This document shows, piece after piece, positions 61,959-64,000 of a stretch of 64,000 nucleotides of DNA. Under the pieces are notes generated by a model. That model ran no database searches, was not told the origin of the DNA, and worked only from the letters and a program-made list of their open reading frames with translations. The stretch's first letter is position 1. Each line of letters begins with the position of its first letter. A program made the translations under genes and the position numbers. This DNA comes from Podarcis vaucheri. Taxonomy: Eukaryota. The stretch lies in assembly GCA_965113315.1 (NCBI GenBank), contig OZ220369.1, one strand, 5' to 3'.

Positions 61959-62271
61959 TGTTCGCAAACCAAGGTACCACTGTATTAAGCCTCTGCCTGG
62001 ACTTTCATTGCTCATTACAGTTTATTTAAGTGGTTCCAAAACTCTTTCAGGCCACTTGTGTAGAGGAGGAAGGGACCCCGAGGGTCATCTAGTCCAGCCC
62101 CCTGCAATGCAGCAATCTCGACTGAAGCATCCATGAGAGATGGCCCTCTAAGCTCTGCATAAAAACCTCCCATGAAAGAGTCCACCACCTTCCGAGGGAA
62201 TCTTATACAGGTTACCTTATTCTGAGTTCTGTTGAAAGGAATTAAATACAGGAAAATTGACTAAATTCCAG

Positions 62272-62478
62272 GTGTGATTGGAGCTGGCGTCGGGGGCACA
62301 TCTGCAGCCTATTTCCTGCGCCAGAAGTTTGGTAAAGACATCCAGATTGATATCTTTGAAAGAGGAGAAGTCGGAGGCCGTGCGGCTACTATCAATTTGG
62401 AAGGGAAATACTACGAAGCAGGAGGAGCTGTCATCCACCCCCTTAACCTGCACATGAAACATTTTGTGAAAGAGCTAG
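62272..62478 (+). CDS. PCYOX1: PCYOX1 exon 2 ([20 protein letters not shown]...[22 protein letters not shown]; FAD-binding GxGxxG)
   Basis: ttccag acceptor, gtatg donor; 207 nt; synteny with TIA1. Confidence 0.93.
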
Positions 62479-62743
62479 GTATGGACACCTTATTTTCCCT
62501 AGGAGCAGGTTTCATCCCTGCTCCTTTGTTCTTATGCCAGTGGAAACTGTTTTAGTTCCATTTCACGCCAATGAAAAAGCTATAGTGCAGCCTTCTCTGC
62601 CCACCAGATGTGTTGGATTACAATTCCTATCCGCTCCAGCCAGTTATAGTCTAAAACATTTGGAGGGCCCAATGTCTGGGGAAGGTTGCTATAATTAATT
62701 TGGAGGAAATGGTAGGGGCGTTTTCTTTCTGGGGGTGTTTGTG

Positions 62744-63229
62744 CAGCGCCGTCTTAAGCATATCCGGTGCCGTGGTGCAAAGATCCCTCCTGTGCCCCTC
62801 CCTTCCCAGAGTTGACCTTTTTTTAGGGCTGGAGGAGGCGGGCAGTGGCTGGAAGGTGGCTCCTCCGGCGGGGAAGAGGTGGAGGCTGGACGCAGCGCCT
62901 CCTGGCTCAGCTGGACGCTTCGTGCCGCGGTGGCCATGGCAGGCAGCACACCGAGCAAGCGGGTGTGCGCCAAGTGAGCAAGGGTGCATGCACTGCTCCC
63001 GCCAAGCGTCGGCTCGGTTTTTTCCCTTTTAGCCCTCTGGCGCCCCGCATAATTTGGTGCCTGCAGGCTAAAAGGGAAAAAGCAGAGCCAACGCTCGGCG
63101 GGAGTGGCGCACGCACCCTCGTTCACTCAGCACACTCATTTGGTGTTCCCCTGACTCTCGCCTAGCGCCATCCAGAACTTGGCGCTCTGGTGCCCCGCGC
63201 CACTAGCCTCAGTGGGTAAGACGGGCCTG
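62744..63229. mobile_element. 486-bp hAT-like element with GC-rich cargo and an internal inverted repeat
   Basis: Imperfect TIRs cagcgccgtctta/taagacgggcctg; 8-bp TSD tgtttgtg/cgtttgtg. Confidence 0.75.
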
Positions 63230-63529
63230 CGTTTGTGTGTGCGACAGGTCTGGGTATCGCTGCTTTTCTTCCTCTCAGAATGTAAGCTGTAAGCCAAAGT
63301 CACAAGAATAAGATGGGTACATCTCAGGTGTCAAAAGCCAAGGTAAAGTGGTGTGTCTTCCAAACTTGCCAGAAGCTTCTCTCCACCACAGAAAAGGCCC
63401 TTTCCTGGACTGCACCCCCTATGCCATTCTTAGCACCCAAGTGTGTCTGTAGGGAAGGAGGCAATCTTTCATGTACCTGGGGTTTTTTTGTGAGTAGTTT
63501 AGGGCTTTAAACACTCATGTGAGCAACTT

Positions 63530-63710
63530 GATTTTGGCTCCTGAACGCCGCAAACCTGGAAATGAGTGTTCCGGTTTGCAAACATTCTTTGGAAGCCAAA
63601 CGTCCAGCATGGCTTCCGCAGCTTCCGATTGGCTGCAGGAGCTTTATGAACGTTTTGGAAGTCGAACAAACTTCTGGAACGGATTCCGTTCGACTTCCAA
63701 GGTACGACTG
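63530..63710. mobile_element. Partial Tigger-like MITE
   Basis: Ends ccaaggtacgactg plus TA; left end not resolved. Confidence 0.5.
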
Positions 63711-63793
63711 TAGTCACATAGCAGAAAGGAAATAAACATTCCCCACCCTCTCAAGATTTCCAAAAAAGACAGAAGTGAACAGCAGACTTAGGA

Positions 63794-64000
63794 AAAGGTA
63801 AAGGGACCCCTGACTGTTAGGTCGTGGCCGACTCTGGGGTTGCGGCGCTCATCTCGCTTTACTGACCGAGGGAGCCAGCCTTTGTCTGCAGACAGCTTCT
63901 GGATCATGTGGCCAGCATGATTAAGCCACTTCTGGCGAACCAGAGCAGCGCACGGAAATGCCGTTTACCTTCCCGCTGGAGTGGTACCTATTTATCTACT
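63794..64000 (-). mobile_element. Sauria SINE 3' part, cut by the window end
   Basis: aaaggtaaagggacccc tail and ggtacctatttatctact core. Confidence 0.85.

Overview
Vertebrate genomic DNA, almost certainly from a squamate and probably a lacertid lizard (inferred from Sauria SINEs, BovB/RTE, CR1 and L2 fragments and squamate-type TIR MITEs). Gene order: (+) a divergent aldo-keto reductase with AKR1B-type exon structure (exons 2-10 at 1180-12293; exon 1 not found, presumably upstream of the window); (-) C2orf42 (complete CDS, 8 coding exons, 573 aa); (-) TIA1 (complete CDS, 13 exons, 392 aa); (-) tRNA-Gly(CCC); (+) PCYOX1 (exons 1-2, continuing past the window end). The C2orf42-TIA1-tRNA-Gly-PCYOX1 block matches the order I recall for human 2p13. 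The most striking observation is a 682-bp non-autonomous hAT element in AKR intron 7 (perfect 15-bp TIRs, perfect 8-bp TSD). Its interior appears to be a captured piece of the 5' end of a host gene, resembling RANBP9 (MSGQ-polyQ...AALLLHPPPPPPP), i.e. a Pack-MULE/Pack-TIR-like gene-capturing transposon. Several other TIR families here also show conserved termini around variable GC-rich cargo. Other points: an 11-proline expansion in the TIA1 prion-like domain at the human P362/P363 site; five candidate poison exons around TIA1 exon 6; cofactor-site substitutions in the AKR; candidate uORFs in C2orf42; a BovB ORF open in frame into PCYOX1 exon 1; and a DD34E Tc1 relic. All homology calls come from memory of the families; no database search was run.
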